Of a DNA stretch of 64,000 nt, positions 12,246-25,104 are shown in pieces. The stretch lies in assembly GCF_020745735.1 (NCBI RefSeq), contig NC_083436.1, positions 33,565,299 to 33,629,298 of the forward strand. The letters run 5' to 3'. Both the position numbers and the translations under genes were made by a program. How positions within the stretch are numbered: position 1 is the first letter of the stretch; each line of letters begins with the position of its first letter. The DNA comes from Hemiscyllium ocellatum (lineage: Eukaryota). Below the pieces are notes generated by a model. The model ran no database searches. It was not told the origin of the DNA and saw only the letters and a program-made list of their open reading frames with translations.

Positions 12246-12399
12246 AAAAAAACTTGGGCAGCAAAAAGGAATCAGTATTGTTAAGGAACAGAGGGTCACC
12301 ACTCACTGATAAAACCCAGAAGTGCAGGAAATCAGAGAATGAAAGGCCACTCATAAGAAAGTGAACAGTAAGTTTACTATGCTTTAATTGATGAAGTGT

Positions 12400-12610
12400 C
12401 ATGACTTGGAGGTGCCGGTGTTGGACTGGGGTGTACAATGTTAAAAATCTCACAATACCAGGTTATAGTCCAACAGATTTATTTGGAAGCCCCAGCTTTC
12501 GGAGCGACGCTCCTTCATCACATAACCACCTGGAGAAGGAGCAGCGCTCTGAAAGCTAGTGCTTTCAATTAAACCTGTTGGACTATAACCTGTGTTGTGT
12601 GATTTTTAAC
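12400..12610. mobile_element. PLE-derived fold-back insertion, family C, with two head-to-head hammerhead motifs
   Basis: TSD ATTGATGAA(G/A)TGT at 12387-12399 and 12611-12623. Plus strand: CAC-CTGGAGA-AGGAGCAGCGCTCT-GAAA-GCTA-GTG (12527-12561). Minus strand: GTGATGA-AGGAGCGTCGCTCC-GAAA-GCTG (~12493-12521). Confidence 0.85.
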
Positions 12611-12919
12611 ATTGATGAAATGTGGCATGGTCAAGATTTCTAGAAATGATGCTTTTTTGGATGGGACACGATATGAGACCCCACATATCGACACTCTGTA
12701 ACAGGTCCCTTGTTCTGCCAAATTTCCTGGCTGTTATTTATCTCAGAAACCACATCATGGTCGTGATTGTACTACTATCTGTGCTGTGCACAGATTGATT
12801 ATCTATTTTCCCAATCATGGCCACACTTCAAAAGTATTTAATTTGTCAGAACACACCCCGGGATGGTCTGAAGGGAAGAAAGATGCTGCGTGAATCCACG
12901 TTCTTTGTCTCTTTTCCAT

Positions 12920-13620
12920 GTTACGCTGTGATAGAGTCCTTGTCTCTCTCAGCCGGTGAGAAAATGGCAGTGTGCAAACGAGAACTGCTCTGAAAATGAG
13001 GAATGCTTGCCGAAGACTGACTCAAATTGTTTCTGGCATTGAGAAGCTTTAGCAGAGCTTTTGGGGACTCACTGGAGTGTACATAGAAACTACTGACCAT
13101 CGACTGCATGTCAGTGATGCTCTTCAGTCATTATGCCATTTGGTTACTAATGGCTTTAGATAGGGGAGCATCACTAGGTCTCTCTCTCTGTGTCTGTCTG
13201 TCTCTCTCTGTGTGTCTCTCTCCCTCCCCCTTAGGCCAACTTTGCTTTCAATCTCTTTAGTTTGGGCTTGAGAGAAGCCAAATAATCCTGAAAAAAGACT
13301 CTTATTTTCGTACATTGGCATATCTACTGTGTCGGCAGCCATCTGTGGAGCCAGCACTGATATTAGCATATCTATTAAATAGCTATGCAAATTTCACTGC
13401 TATCTTTACAGGCTGTCAAGTTCATTTTTCTCTGACTAAAGGATATATCATGGAACTCTGTGAAATACTGATTGAAAATGAACTCAATTGACGACTGACA
13501 AAGTCCATATTGTGTGTATATATTTCATTCTCAACACTGAAATATCAACTAAGTTTTACCAGATATCCAATTAATGGTGTAACAAATGTTTCACTTGATT
13601 TGACAAGTTACAATTCCAGT
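12920..13620. promoter_or_regulatory. Candidate conserved non-coding enhancer
   Basis: Mostly unique sequence; octamer ATGCAAAT at 13385-13392, Meis-type CTGTCA at 13413-13418, E-box CATCTG; short TC/TG microsatellite at ~13180-13225. Confidence 0.3.
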
Positions 13621-13982
13621 GATTATCTCAGCAAATCTGGCCCAGCCTTTCTAACACACCGTGGGAGTGACAGAACTTCATCTGAAGTTCGGGCGTGATG
13701 TAGTCCTAACTGTAGTCCTCATTCAGAGGAGCCTTGCTGTCCTGGAATAGTGGAATGCCACCCAGGACTGATTGATTAGGTCAGTCCTCCCACCATTATG
13801 GGAACTAAATCCGAATGGAGAATGTTGACGGGCATAATGGAGACTCTTCGAGTTTATGTTTCAGGGCGAGTGCTGTAACCAGAATAAACCTCAGTCACTG
13901 GCCCATAAGTTGGTGTGCATTCCACATCTGAACGTAAGTCTAAGGTAAATCCAATATTCTGATCCAATCTATATAATATGCA

Positions 13983-14168
13983 GAGTTGACAAAATGTGGA
14001 GCTGGAGAAAGCACAGCAGGTCAAGCAGCATCAGAGGAGCAGGAGAGTCAATGTTTCTGGCAGTGTGTCCACACTTTATCAGGACTGGTGACAGACCTAC
14101 TATGCTTTTTCCAGTTCCACATTTTATCAACTCTGAATTTCCAGCATCTGCAGCCCTCACTTTCTACA
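13983..14168. mobile_element. PLE-derived fold-back insertion, family A (degenerate)
   Basis: Inverted arms (AAAATGTGGAGCTGGAGAAAGCA / TGCTTTTTCCAGTTCCACATTTT); TSD CTA(T/C)ATAATAT(G/T)CA at 13969-13982 and 14169-14182. Confidence 0.8.
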
Positions 14169-14379
14169 CTACATAATATTCATTCCATCTGACGTTTCAG
14201 AGAAATATTAAATACCTAAATGACACAATTTGATGGTAATGGAATGAAAATCGTATATGTTCTTTAACAAATGTGACCCACATTTGACATCTTTAAACAC
14301 TCCTGTTTAAATTCTTCACTTTTCTAATCTATAGTTTACCTGAACTACTTTTTTCCTATGATTTAACTTGGACATCTCA

Positions 14380-14760
14380 TCTGCATACCCATTGCTTCCA
14401 TTCTCATGAACTTCACTGGTTCCTTTGTTCAAGCTCATTCTCAATCTCCTCTTCAGATCCTGTCCAGTTCTGTAATACTTTATAACAATCCTGCACCTTC
14501 CAAGTCTGGCTTGTTGTGGATTCCTCTCCTTCTTTTGGCCGCACATCACAACAGAGTACTTGGTTTCTTCAGGTTTATTTTCCAGAATTACTTCCCTAAA
14601 CTTCTCTGTGAATTTCCCTGCATTGGTCTCACCTTTAAATCCATCTTAATATCCATCAGCTTTGATTAAGAATGTTCCTTTTGATCTTTTCTCCTGCCTT
14701 CTACAAAGTGTCTTTAGACTGTTTGTGGTTGAAGGTCTAATAAGTTTGAGCTGGTTTTGT
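14380..14760 (+). mobile_element. Old L2 LINE 3' fragment
   Basis: Degenerate L2 C-terminal pattern (..LHW..SGLL.IP..LP..L...FK..L). Similar remnants at ~31830-32200(-) and 48820-48960(-). Confidence 0.5.
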
Positions 14761-15542
14761 TTAGTGTTATCTGTTTTCTACCAGATAGGGTGGGTTTATT
14801 GCAGCTCAATGCCCCATGGAGACCAGGAGATTCCTGGTTGTTGCCAGTGGGATGCCAATTAGCCTTGATCCTGATTCCATTGACTCATCCTGGAGTGCTC
14901 TGTAATGTAGTGGTGGCTCAGGAAGTAAATGGAGGCCAAGTAGCTTTCCCACACTCTCCAATTGCCATCCAGCAAACCCTGTGGTGTATGCCAGCAGCTT
15001 TCCCAATGGGGCTGTCACCAAGAGGGAGTCTCTCATTGATAAGCGCCTGAGAGCCACCTCCCTGATCTAGCCTCTGACTCTGCTGCCACCCAAGGACTCT
15101 CATTCCATGATCCCAACCCAGCCCTCTGTCATCATTAATCTGGGACCTCACGATGATCCTCACCCTCCTGTGAGTGTAGTCCGGCCTGCTGCCCCTAATT
15201 ATGTAATACTGGTGGCTGCTTAGCCTGTGATTAGCTAGCAGTTCTTGGCGAGCGGGTCCTCCAGCATGGGTAAAGACCAGGAGTGGTCAATTAAGTGCCT
15301 GAAGAGCACTTCATCCCTTTGGCCTCTCCAATGACTCTGAAAGGACTACCTGCCCAATCATAAACTTGCCGGTGAGAGGTTTGTTAGCCCGACAGAAATC
15401 CGGCCAGCATACCTTTCCTTAACTTTATTTAAACATTTTTTTTAAACCTTTCTTTTCTTAATGAACTTTCCAGTGCACTTTGGAAATTCCAACAAAGTGT
15501 ACTTTTCAATGGGTATCACTTGTTTAGCAACTAACTCCAATG

Positions 15543-15919
15543 AGGAAAGTGAGGACTGCAGATGCTGGATATTAGAGTCAAAGAGTGTGGTGCTGCAAAA
15601 GCACAGAAGGTCAGGCAGCATTTGAGGAGCAGGAGAGTCAACATTTCAAGAACAAGCTCTTCAACAGGAATGACGGTGGTCCAAGGGGGCTGAGAGATGA
15701 ATGGGAGGGGAGTGGTGCTGGGAGTGGGGATGGTAACTGGGAATGCAATAGTAGACGGAGGTATCCCAGATCCAACTTCCAACTCGGCACCTTGAACTGT
15801 CCTACTTGTCTATCTTCTTTCCCATCTATCTGCTCCACCTCCTCTCCAACCTATCTCTTTCACCCCCACCTTCATCTACCTATGGCATTCCCTTCCCACC
15901 AGCCCCAACCCCCTCCCAC
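15543..15919. mobile_element. PLE-derived insertion, family A, with internal inversion
   Basis: Family A end (GAAAGTGAGGACTGCAGATGCTGG), then a purine-rich tract, then an inverted pyrimidine-rich tract; TSD CTAACTCCAATG (15531-15542) / CTGACTCCAAAG (15920-15931). Confidence 0.75.
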
Positions 15920-16939
15920 CTGACTCCAAAGGCCAGTTTTAGTCAACATAAAGTGACAATTTGACAGAATTACATCTTAGATACCGTTAAGTTAATGTCT
16001 GCTGCCTTTTTCTGGCTCTAAATGTAAGAATTGAGAGGAGGACAGTTGCATTCAGTAAGGTTTCAATTTCACCTCAATTTCACTTTCTTGCCTGATCCCC
16101 AAGTCCCTCATTCCTTTAGGGTGCAACAAGCCATCAATCTCAGCCTTCAATACAATGAATGGCTGAGCATTCACAGCTCTTTGTGGAAGAGAATTCCAAA
16201 AACCCAACAAAGGGAAGCTGGACAAGTCGAAATGCCAGCAATTCCATGAAAAAGACAGTGTTTAAGAGGGCCTTCCAAACCAACAATTACTTTTGAAGTG
16301 TTGTCACCATGTCAGAAAACTGCACCAAATGTTTGCGAGTGATAAGGTGATGTAAAAGGCAACTGACATAATGTCAAGAGGCTGGCTTTCCATCCTTGAT
16401 GCACATTTCCCAGTGTCATGATCCCTACTCCTGCACTGTCTATTCGAGTTATTTTCATCATGAGTGAACTTGGAAGCAGGCCCAAGCGAGTAATTGAGGT
16501 GGGCAGTTGTCAAAGCAGTTGTTAGATTGAAAGGCCCTCTTCCTCTCACCAGGACATTGACACAGTTCTGTAAATAACACTTAGACAGACTTAGCCTCAC
16601 CACCACCCTACCCTACCCCTGCTCAATTCCTCAACTGGCTAAGAAATGGCTGACTTCTGTAATGATGAATGAGCTTTGAAGTCAAAATTGAAGATGCTGT
16701 TCCAGGGAAAAGCAGTAATGAGGCAAGATTTCACTCCTTGCGAATATATGTTGACAATTCTTTGGAAATCGACTGTTCTGTAGTGCCTTCCTGACGTGCA
16801 AGTGCATTTACCATGGGTGGCAGTTTGGATGGTGTCACACTTTACAGCTTAGCGCTGCACTTAAAAGATAGCCACACATACATACACCCACAATCATTCT
16901 TAAATATGTCACCAGCTTTGCAAACCATGAGTTATCTTT

Positions 16940-17190
16940 AAAGAAGATTTAAAAGGGACCTGAGGGGCAACTTTTCCACACAGAGAGTGGTTTGTGTGAG
17001 GAATGAACTGCCAAAGGAAGTGGTAGATGCAAGTACAGTTACAACATTTAAAAAGGCATTTGGACAGATATATGAACAGGAAAGGTTTAGAGGGATATGT
17101 GCCAAATGCAAGAAAGTGGGACTGGTTTAGTTTGGGAAACTCAGTTGGCATGGATGATTGGTTCTGTTTCTGTGCTGTATGACCCTGTGA
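16940..17190 (+). mobile_element. CR1 LINE 3' end
   Basis: FKRDLRGNFSTQRVVCVRNELPKEVVDA; same family as 32660-32940 and 7615-8095. Confidence 0.85.
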
Positions 17191-20100
17191 CAGCTCAGAT
17201 ATCCGTTCAACCTGCTTTCAATGTATTCAGCGCCAGGGTTCACTGGGCAAATTGGTTATTTCTGCTCCTATGAATTAGCATTGCTCAAGAGTTCATATGC
17301 ATTCCAGTACCTTTTCCAGTGGATAAACACCCTACCTACATACAACAGTATTGGGAATCTGACTGCATGTCCAATTCCAGCAATAGGCATTGAATTTTCA
17401 ATCCTTTGCCTCAGAGGTAAAAGCAGCACCAACTGAGCCAAGATGATACACAGCTCAGCCACATCAATGCTAAAGGTGCTCATCAAATGTGGATACATAA
17501 GGTACTGGCTCATGATATCACATGAGCAGCAATTCTTAGTTTTGCTTGGGGTTCCACTTGTAAGCAGGGCTAACAGAACTACAGTGCTTTCCTTAAAAGA
17601 AAATTGGTTGTTTGTGGAGGAGTCACCAGCTGTGTTGTGTTCTCCTAAAGTGCCTCATTAAAACCAGACAATGCAGTGGAAGCTTCATCAAGCTCCTACG
17701 TTAAAGACCTGAGGCTTTATTACATTATGGGCAATGATAGTCGTGATTGTAAATAGAAAATAGAATCATTTGTCAAGATTTGACAATTTGTTTTCAAATA
17801 TAACAAAAGTGGTGAAACATACAGAAGGATGTGATCTAAAAATATTTTGTATTACACTGTGCTTATTCAATTTAGCTAAATGATCATTTGTCCCAACAGA
17901 TTAAAGATTTTAAAAGCAAATCACATTGTCTTAAAGATCTGGCTTATGAAATGCCTCAGGGTGACTCTCTCCTGACTGCACTAGAAGATTCATAAGTATT
18001 AGTTATCTGATCACCAAAAGACTTGGGCAGATCCAGAAAAAATAAAGCATTTTTACTTCATGAAAGCTTTTATTTTAAACTGAAATTATATTCACAAGAA
18101 AATGGTAACAATGCAATTACATTTGGAAAGCATTACAGTAACTGCAATTACAGGGCCAACCTTTTAAGGGACACAGAATTAAACTGTAACTTAACTGAAA
18201 ACAATCTCTCCTCAGCATGTAAGCATTGCTGGCAATGAAGATCAACATTTAATTCCTATCCCTAGTTACCCGTAACTGAGTGGCTCACTCATCCACTGCA
18301 GAGGGAAGTTACAAGTCAACCTCAGCATCAAAGAACAACATCTGGTGCATGACAGGCCTGGGCATTTGAATGAGTAGAATATTTAAACAATTCTCAACTG
18401 CATAATAATGTGCTGCTATGAAAATAACTGCTCATTATATAAAGTGGAACCCAGAGCAACAGAAGTGCTTCTGGCTCTTTTTGTACCCTCTGAAGATTAG
18501 CTGGTGAGATCTCAAAACAGTGTCACTGACATAATCTACAACATGAATGTTCGCAATCGTCATTGTCCCTGTTCAGTAAACATGCCTTTTCATTCCCCTG
18601 TTACTTCAGAGTGTTAATTAAATACAGACAAATCAGGCCTGTGGAAAAGTGCAATCCTCTAGTCACTGTGTCACTTGGGCAGGAATCATAAGTTCATAAT
18701 TGACTCTATTGTGAATGAGCTGCAAGACTTTCACTATGCACATAAAGTATTTCTGCAGACATTACAATTATAGTGAATTGATAAATGTAATCTGGAGGGG
18801 CACTGTATAGGCGGCTTGATTAATACTATTTTTAATCCATACTGTTGCTATATGTTATCCACAGCGTATAAGGCAGGAAGGAGACCAAATCACTTGTCTC
18901 ATTTCAAAGACACATACAGGAACAATACACAAAGTTTCTCAGATTGACGGCTAGTTTCTGAAAGCATACTTCTAATGAAACTATGTCGAGATTTACATCT
19001 ATTTTGCTCACCTATATTGCCTATAGCATCTTGTGCCCAAATTTCCTAAGATTTGTGTACATTGGAATACTAAAAAGAACATTAAAATAACTGCACTCAG
19101 TGAACTGCATACCTCTGCTACATAGGATTAGGTCAATTTTATTACCACTACGTATTCTGCCTTATTAGTGCTTTGTAACTACAAAGTTGAGGAAAGAAAT
19201 ACTTTCATTAAGAACTTCCATCTCATTGAAGTTTCAGGCCAATCACATTCAACAACCTGATCTGAAAATCCTGCTCATATTTCACAGATGTAACAAATTG
19301 CACTATAGCAGCTGAGAACATCAACAATCTTCAAAAATAATCAACAAGTTTCAAGAAAACAACCCTCCAAGATTCTAAGAAATGTCAGTTTGTCTTGTCT
19401 TTCAATGTTAATGCACCATTTCAAAGATTTCCAAGATTTAAATCTGATTCCGCATTTTTATCAAAACCAATGGATTCTTCCTTGAACCATTTCCTATCTG
19501 CATACCAGGTTTCATTGAAATCCCTCTGTTAGTTTTTGAGTTGTGTTGTTCACAGTCAACAGACAAGGGAGAAAACCTTATCACTGCTGATCTTCAATGG
19601 TAGATTGTAGACAATGGAATTAGCTAAACAGGGTCCTGAGGAAAAGATGGAACGTGCAGTAGCTTTCATCCTTTAGTATCACCAGACCTTAGTGATACAA
19701 TGAAAACTGAAGTTGGAAGCCATAAACCCATCACTTATGCACATTAACCATGGCATTTTTAAAAAAACAATGCATTTATAGCGGATTTGCACTCTTTAAT
19801 GTAACAGTCATAAAAGTCAAAGCTACAGAAAATATAGCACAGATTTCAGAAAAAAGAATAGAAGAAAGTAATGTAATAAAACGTTACAGAAACAGAGAGA
19901 CTTCAGGTCGTGCCTTAAAACATGTGGAATAGGAACATAGCAACAGGAATAGGCCATTGAACCTGCCCATCCCCCACCCCCATTAAATACAATCATGAAT
20001 GTTCAAAAACCTCAATGCGTCTTACTCAGCCCATCACTCTAACACAATTGGTAATCTTAAATCTATCAATCTCTACTTACACATACTCAAATACTGAGCT

Positions 20101-21864
20101 TCCAGTGGCTTTAGTGAGAGAGCACTCCAAAAGTTCACAACCCTTGGAGTAAAATAATTTTTCACCATATGGACCTAAGTGGCATCCTCCTCATTTTTAA
20201 ATAGGGCACACCAGTGGGAGACTCAGCAACCAGGGGAAACATCTTACTTACATTTACCCATGTCTTTTCCTTTAAGTAGAACTGCTACAAACACAGGGAA
20301 TAGACAAACAGGAGGCTGGAAGAACACAACAAGCCAAGCAACATCAGAAGGTGCAGAACAGGGAACTTGAATTACTCTGGTCTTTTGAAGTGAGCAGTGT
20401 TATATCAATGAGCTAAATGTGGTTATGATGATCAAAATCCAGGACCAGTGGACAAGATCAAGGACATCTGGTGACAGTTCTGTGTGAATCTGTTCCTCAT
20501 GAATTTCCACTAGGGTACCACTGTACAGTCATAGTTGCACCAAAACCTTCGGAAAGGTCTGGCCAATGTCTCGAGTGCATCACATGACTTATGCCAACAG
20601 AAAGTTTGCTCTTGCAAGATTGTGCTACTTATCCACAAATAGTATAATCTTCAATTTTTAAACAGGACAAAGATGCAAGTACATTGTATGTTAATTATTA
20701 AAGCATAGCACCTGAACAGAATGTGGTGCACTTTAGTGATTTGAGCCAGATTTTATTGGTGTGACCTGGGTCAGTACTGAAACTAAGGGTAAACTGAGCA
20801 TTGCAGCAGTAAAGACTTTGTGTTAACTTACAGTCAGAAAGTGGTATGGTTGCAAAGATATATCTGTTTTATGAAGCTTTGCTGCATTCTCATGGAATCA
20901 GCATTGCTTTGGTTTGTTGAGAGCACATAACAGGGGAATTCATGAAAACTATAGTTTGTTATTCAAATTCTTTTCCTTGTAATCTGACCAAGAATATTAC
21001 AGTGAGGACTCTCTCATGATTCCTCCTTCCTTGTAGATTAATCCTCATTAGCTAGGGTTCTGCACAGCAGTTTGGAGGAGATAGTTTGGAAACAGTGTGA
21101 GATACATGTTTACATACACGCCGACGATATCTAGCAACATGTAAAATGCCCATTCCTGTTAATGAGCTTTTTAGAGTTATGAAGTTATGAGAACTAGTTC
21201 ATATTTCACTAATCATTATGACTTATGTTTCCCTGAGTTGTTATTTCAGCAGTCTTATGTGGAAGGAGTGCCAAATTATATGTCAATGTTAATTATTTTC
21301 AATACAATGATTAAGAGACTTAGTGGGCTTTGGCAGTGTTGGTTGTTATGCATTGCTGTTTCTTGGGAACTGGGGTATTAACAACCAAATTTGGTGAGGA
21401 GTATGTGCCACTCACAGGAAATTCTGTGATCCTCAATGGCCAGTTAATTGGTGGGTCCTGCTGAACGCCTTAAGTATTCTTACAAACTAATATGACAGTG
21501 ATCAACTAATCTGTTCGAGATGTGTGGATTGAGGGTTAAAAATTAACCAAGGTAAACATTACTGAGTACAGGAGTCTTTTTCCTGGGAAACAGTGGTGTC
21601 CCCACTCCCTTCCATGAAACTTGTCTTTGTCAACTTATGTTGTCTTTGAAACTATATTTCTAATCTCATTTTTTTTCCTATTTTGTATTTCCACCTGGCT
21701 TGCATGATTGGCATCCCATCTACCATCTTCAATATTCACTCACTTCACCAACAAACTACACCTATGTGTAAAATCTACAAGATGCACTGTATGAACTCTT
21801 CTGACAGCATCTTTCAAACCCATGACTTTTACCACCTAGAAGGACAAAGGCAGCAGATTCATTG

Positions 21865-22375
21865 AGAAGATTTGTAGCTCAATGGATACTCTGGATGTAA
21901 GCTAGCTCACTGAGCTGGATGGTTGGTTTGTAGATGTTTCGTCACCATACTAGGTAACATCATCAGAGAGCCTCCAGATGAAGTACTGGTGGCATGGCCC
22001 ATTTTCTATTAATGTGTTTAGGTTTCCTTGGGTTGGTGATGTCATTTCCTGTGGTGATGTTATTTCCTGTTCTTTTTCTCAGATGGTGGTAAATAGGTTC
22101 CAAGTCAATGTGTTTGTTGATAGAGTTCTAGTTGGAATGCCATGCTTCTAGGAATTCTCATGCCTCTGTTTAGCTTGCCCTAGGTTGGATGTGTTGTCCC
22201 AGTCGAAGTGGTGTCCTTCCTCATCTGTATGTAAGGATACTAGTGAGAGTGGGTCATGTCTTTTTGTGGGTTGATGTTCATTTATTCTAGTGTCTAGTTT
22301 TCTGCCTATTTGTCAAATGTAGGTTTTGTTACAGTTCTTGCAAAGTATTTTGTAAATGACGTTAGTTTTGTTTGT
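21865..22375 (-). mobile_element. Penelope-like element 3' end: GIY-YIG endonuclease pseudogene plus terminal repeat with hammerhead
   Basis: Minus-strand translation TNVIYKILCKNCNKTYI*QIGRKLDTRINEHQ..KRHDPLSLVSLHTDEEGHHFDWDNT.., then (frameshift) EFLEAWHSN..SINKHIDLEPIYH. This is the typical PLE GIY-YIG with the C..C and H..H residues. Confidence 0.92.
21930..21970 (-). ncRNA. Minimal type I hammerhead ribozyme motif (PLE family D)
   Basis: CTGATGA-T-GTTACC-TAGTAT-GGTGAC-GAAA-CATC: intact core and 6-bp stem II, downstream of and on the same strand as the GIY-YIG ORF. Stem I is not well paired in this copy. Confidence 0.75.
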
Positions 22376-22699
22376 TGTGTTTCACATGTGGGTCTAGCTA
22401 GGAAGCTCTTTAGGGAGTCAGTACAGACTCAATGGACTGAATGACCTCTACCTGCGCAGTGGGGATTCTATGATTCTCTGCCCTTGTCAGTCCACCTATA
22501 ATCTTTGTAGCTCCTATCTCTTCTGTGTCAAATCTTGCCTGTTCCTCATCTCTGTACTTACTGAGCAAAATCAGCTTCTAATCCCATGACCAAACATCTC
22601 CCTGTCTCTCAATTTCTCTCATCTTCTTAAAACCCACCTCTGTGATCAAGCCAATAATTTCTATCTTCAGCTTCTCATGTGAAGGTCTGGGTTAAATAA

Positions 22700-23380
22700 G
22701 ACCTGGAAATCCTTCAGGTTTGGATTGATAAGAAGCAAACTACATTCAGACCACAGAAACCCCAGAAAATGATCATGTCCGACAAGACAGAATCTAACCT
22801 GCTCCAATAACGTTCAACGATATTACCACAGAAAATTCATGGAACATCAATATCCTATGGGATGCTGTTGAGCAGAAACTGAAGTAGTCCATCCACATAA
22901 ATATAGTGGTGACCAGGCCAGCTTAGTGGCTGGGTATTCAGTGGGTATGAACTCATCTCCTGACTCTGCACATCCCATCCCCTACCCATTACATTGAAAA
23001 CACAAGTTAAGAATCTGACTAAATATTCTCCACTTGCCTGGATGAGTGCAACTACAACAGCACTCAGCAACTTCCCATCATCCAGACAACACACCCCACT
23101 TCACTGGAGTGCCATCTACCACCTAATCCCCACTGCAGAGTGGCAGCAGCATGTATGTACCATGTACAAGATGAAGTTTAGCAACTCATCAAGGTCTCTT
23201 CATTTTCCAAACCGACCTCACAGATGGGAAAGCAAACCAGCACAATGCAACACGACCACCCACTAGTTCCCCTTAAATCACACATTATTTTGATTTGGAA
23301 CTGTTTTGTTGCTTCTTCGTTGTGTCTGAGTCAATATCCTGGAATTCCCTTCTGAACAGGGCAGACCCACACTACAGTTA
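22700..23380 (+). mobile_element. L2/CR1-type LINE fragment
   Basis: KTQVKNLTKYSPLAWMSATTT..CTMYKMKFSNSSR (ORF 22994-23266); related piece at 21690-21862. Confidence 0.75.
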
Positions 23381-24849
23381 CTCATTAATATAAAGTGTCA
23401 GGCGAGATGGTGGCGATGTCACTGGAGAAGTAATCTGGAGGTCTGGGTTAAATGCTCCAACTGTGACAGTAGGTGGCATTTAAATTCAATTAATAAAGAT
23501 GGGGAATTTGAAGTACATCTCGGTAAAGGTGACTTTGAAACCGTCATAGATTGTTGTTTAATTTGGTTCACTAATGCCCTTTAGGGAAAGAAATGTCCTG
23601 CCTTTACAAAGGCTGACCCACAACAATATGGCTGACTCTCATTTGCCCTCTGAACTAGCTTAGCAAGCCATTCTGTTCAAGGGCAACAACAGACAACAAA
23701 TGACCCTGGCTTCTCTATCCCAAGAAAGAATTTGTAAAAATCTCCTTTTCGCTTTAGTTTGGCACCCATTTAATTTGAAATGACTTGGAGAATCTATCCA
23801 TGTTAGAGGCACTATCCCAGCACAAGTCGTTGGCTTGGGTAGGGCCCTAAATGCCATTTCCTCAAAGTGTTTGGAGAAACCATATCAAGTTGCTGCCTGC
23901 CAGTCTTGTTCTGATGAAAGTGAAGGAGGTTGCTATAGAACGCATGCAAACCATAACTAAAGTGAGCAGAGGTTGCTGAGAATGAAAGGTGGGGGAGGGT
24001 TGGGTGGGGGTGGAATTTTCAGGTAACCAGAAGGTGGCCAATTATAATGCATGCTCATGCAGGAACCTTAAATATGTTAATAATGAATTCTCTTTCAGCT
24101 GGATCTTGAGAGTGATTAAATATTTTGAATATAAAGCATTTCTTCTAGTCTATTCTTTGCTCTTAATTTGTCAAAAACCCATTTGAATGATATCCATCTC
24201 TGTTACACTAATTATACGCTTATCTAGAGGAAGAATTCTGTTTTATATATTCACACATAGTATGATCAGCAGGGGACCTATAAAGTGGAACATTTTCAGA
24301 AATCCATATAAATCATGTCCACTTGCTAGTCCTCACATACCGGTGTAGCTCTGAAAACTCCAGATTTGTGAGGCATGACCAATTGCTTGGAATATCCTGA
24401 TGATTCATCTCTTTATGAAAATGAACTTTGAATTTTCTCCAATGTTTAAGCATTTTATCAAATGTTGATGTTTGACTAACCAATTTTAATTCTTTGGTCT
24501 GAGTATGACTCCTCTCTTACACTTTATAAAGTCAACAATTTTAGTCCCCAATCAGTCCAGACTCATGGATGTAAGACTCCTTCACAACCATTCATCAAAT
24601 GGCATTCCAAAATTGCCTACTTTTAAATTGCTGCTGTTAGTATCTTACTTCCTCTTGCTTCCATTTTCACTGCATAAGTGGCAATCACACGTTATGAAGA
24701 AAGAGCCAATGACAATATTTGAAAGATAACTGGGACTTGTCTAGTTGCCCTGGTGAATATTCACTTCTCACCCAACAAAAGGAAAAGGAAGACATCCAAT
24801 AGTTTAACATCTTGTACAATCAAATACATCTCTGATTCCCTATTTACAA

Positions 24850-25100
24850 TAGTAAAATACTTCCTGAAGCTCAATCTCTGTTGTAATGCAGCCAACTTGT
24901 GCACAGCAAGATTCAACTGTAATAGGTAATGAGCATGCTGTCTGTATAGTGGTACTGGTTGACAGATTCATTAAGGCACCAAGAAGAACCCCCATCGCTC
25001 CTTCACTTAGTGCCATCAAATTTCTACATCTACCTGGATGCAGCTTAACATCTCATCCAAAACTAAAGCACCTCTGACAGTGCTGCACTGCTCACCAAAA
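24850..25100 (-). mobile_element. DeuSINE (SacSINE1/AmnSINE1-like) remnant
   Basis: Reverse complement reads TGCAGCACTGTCAGAGGTGC..GGATGAGATGTTAA..CAGGTAGATGTA..ATGGCACT, resembling the Deu core. Related pieces at ~38550-38710, 43210-43480 and 51430-51720. Confidence 0.55.
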
Positions 25101-25104
25101 CCAG

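Noticed and set aside
14760-15400. GC-richer tracts (also ~50480-50720 and 58850-59280) as decayed Harbinger-type non-autonomous elements
   Set aside because: Only a vague resemblance; no TIRs or TSDs could be defined.
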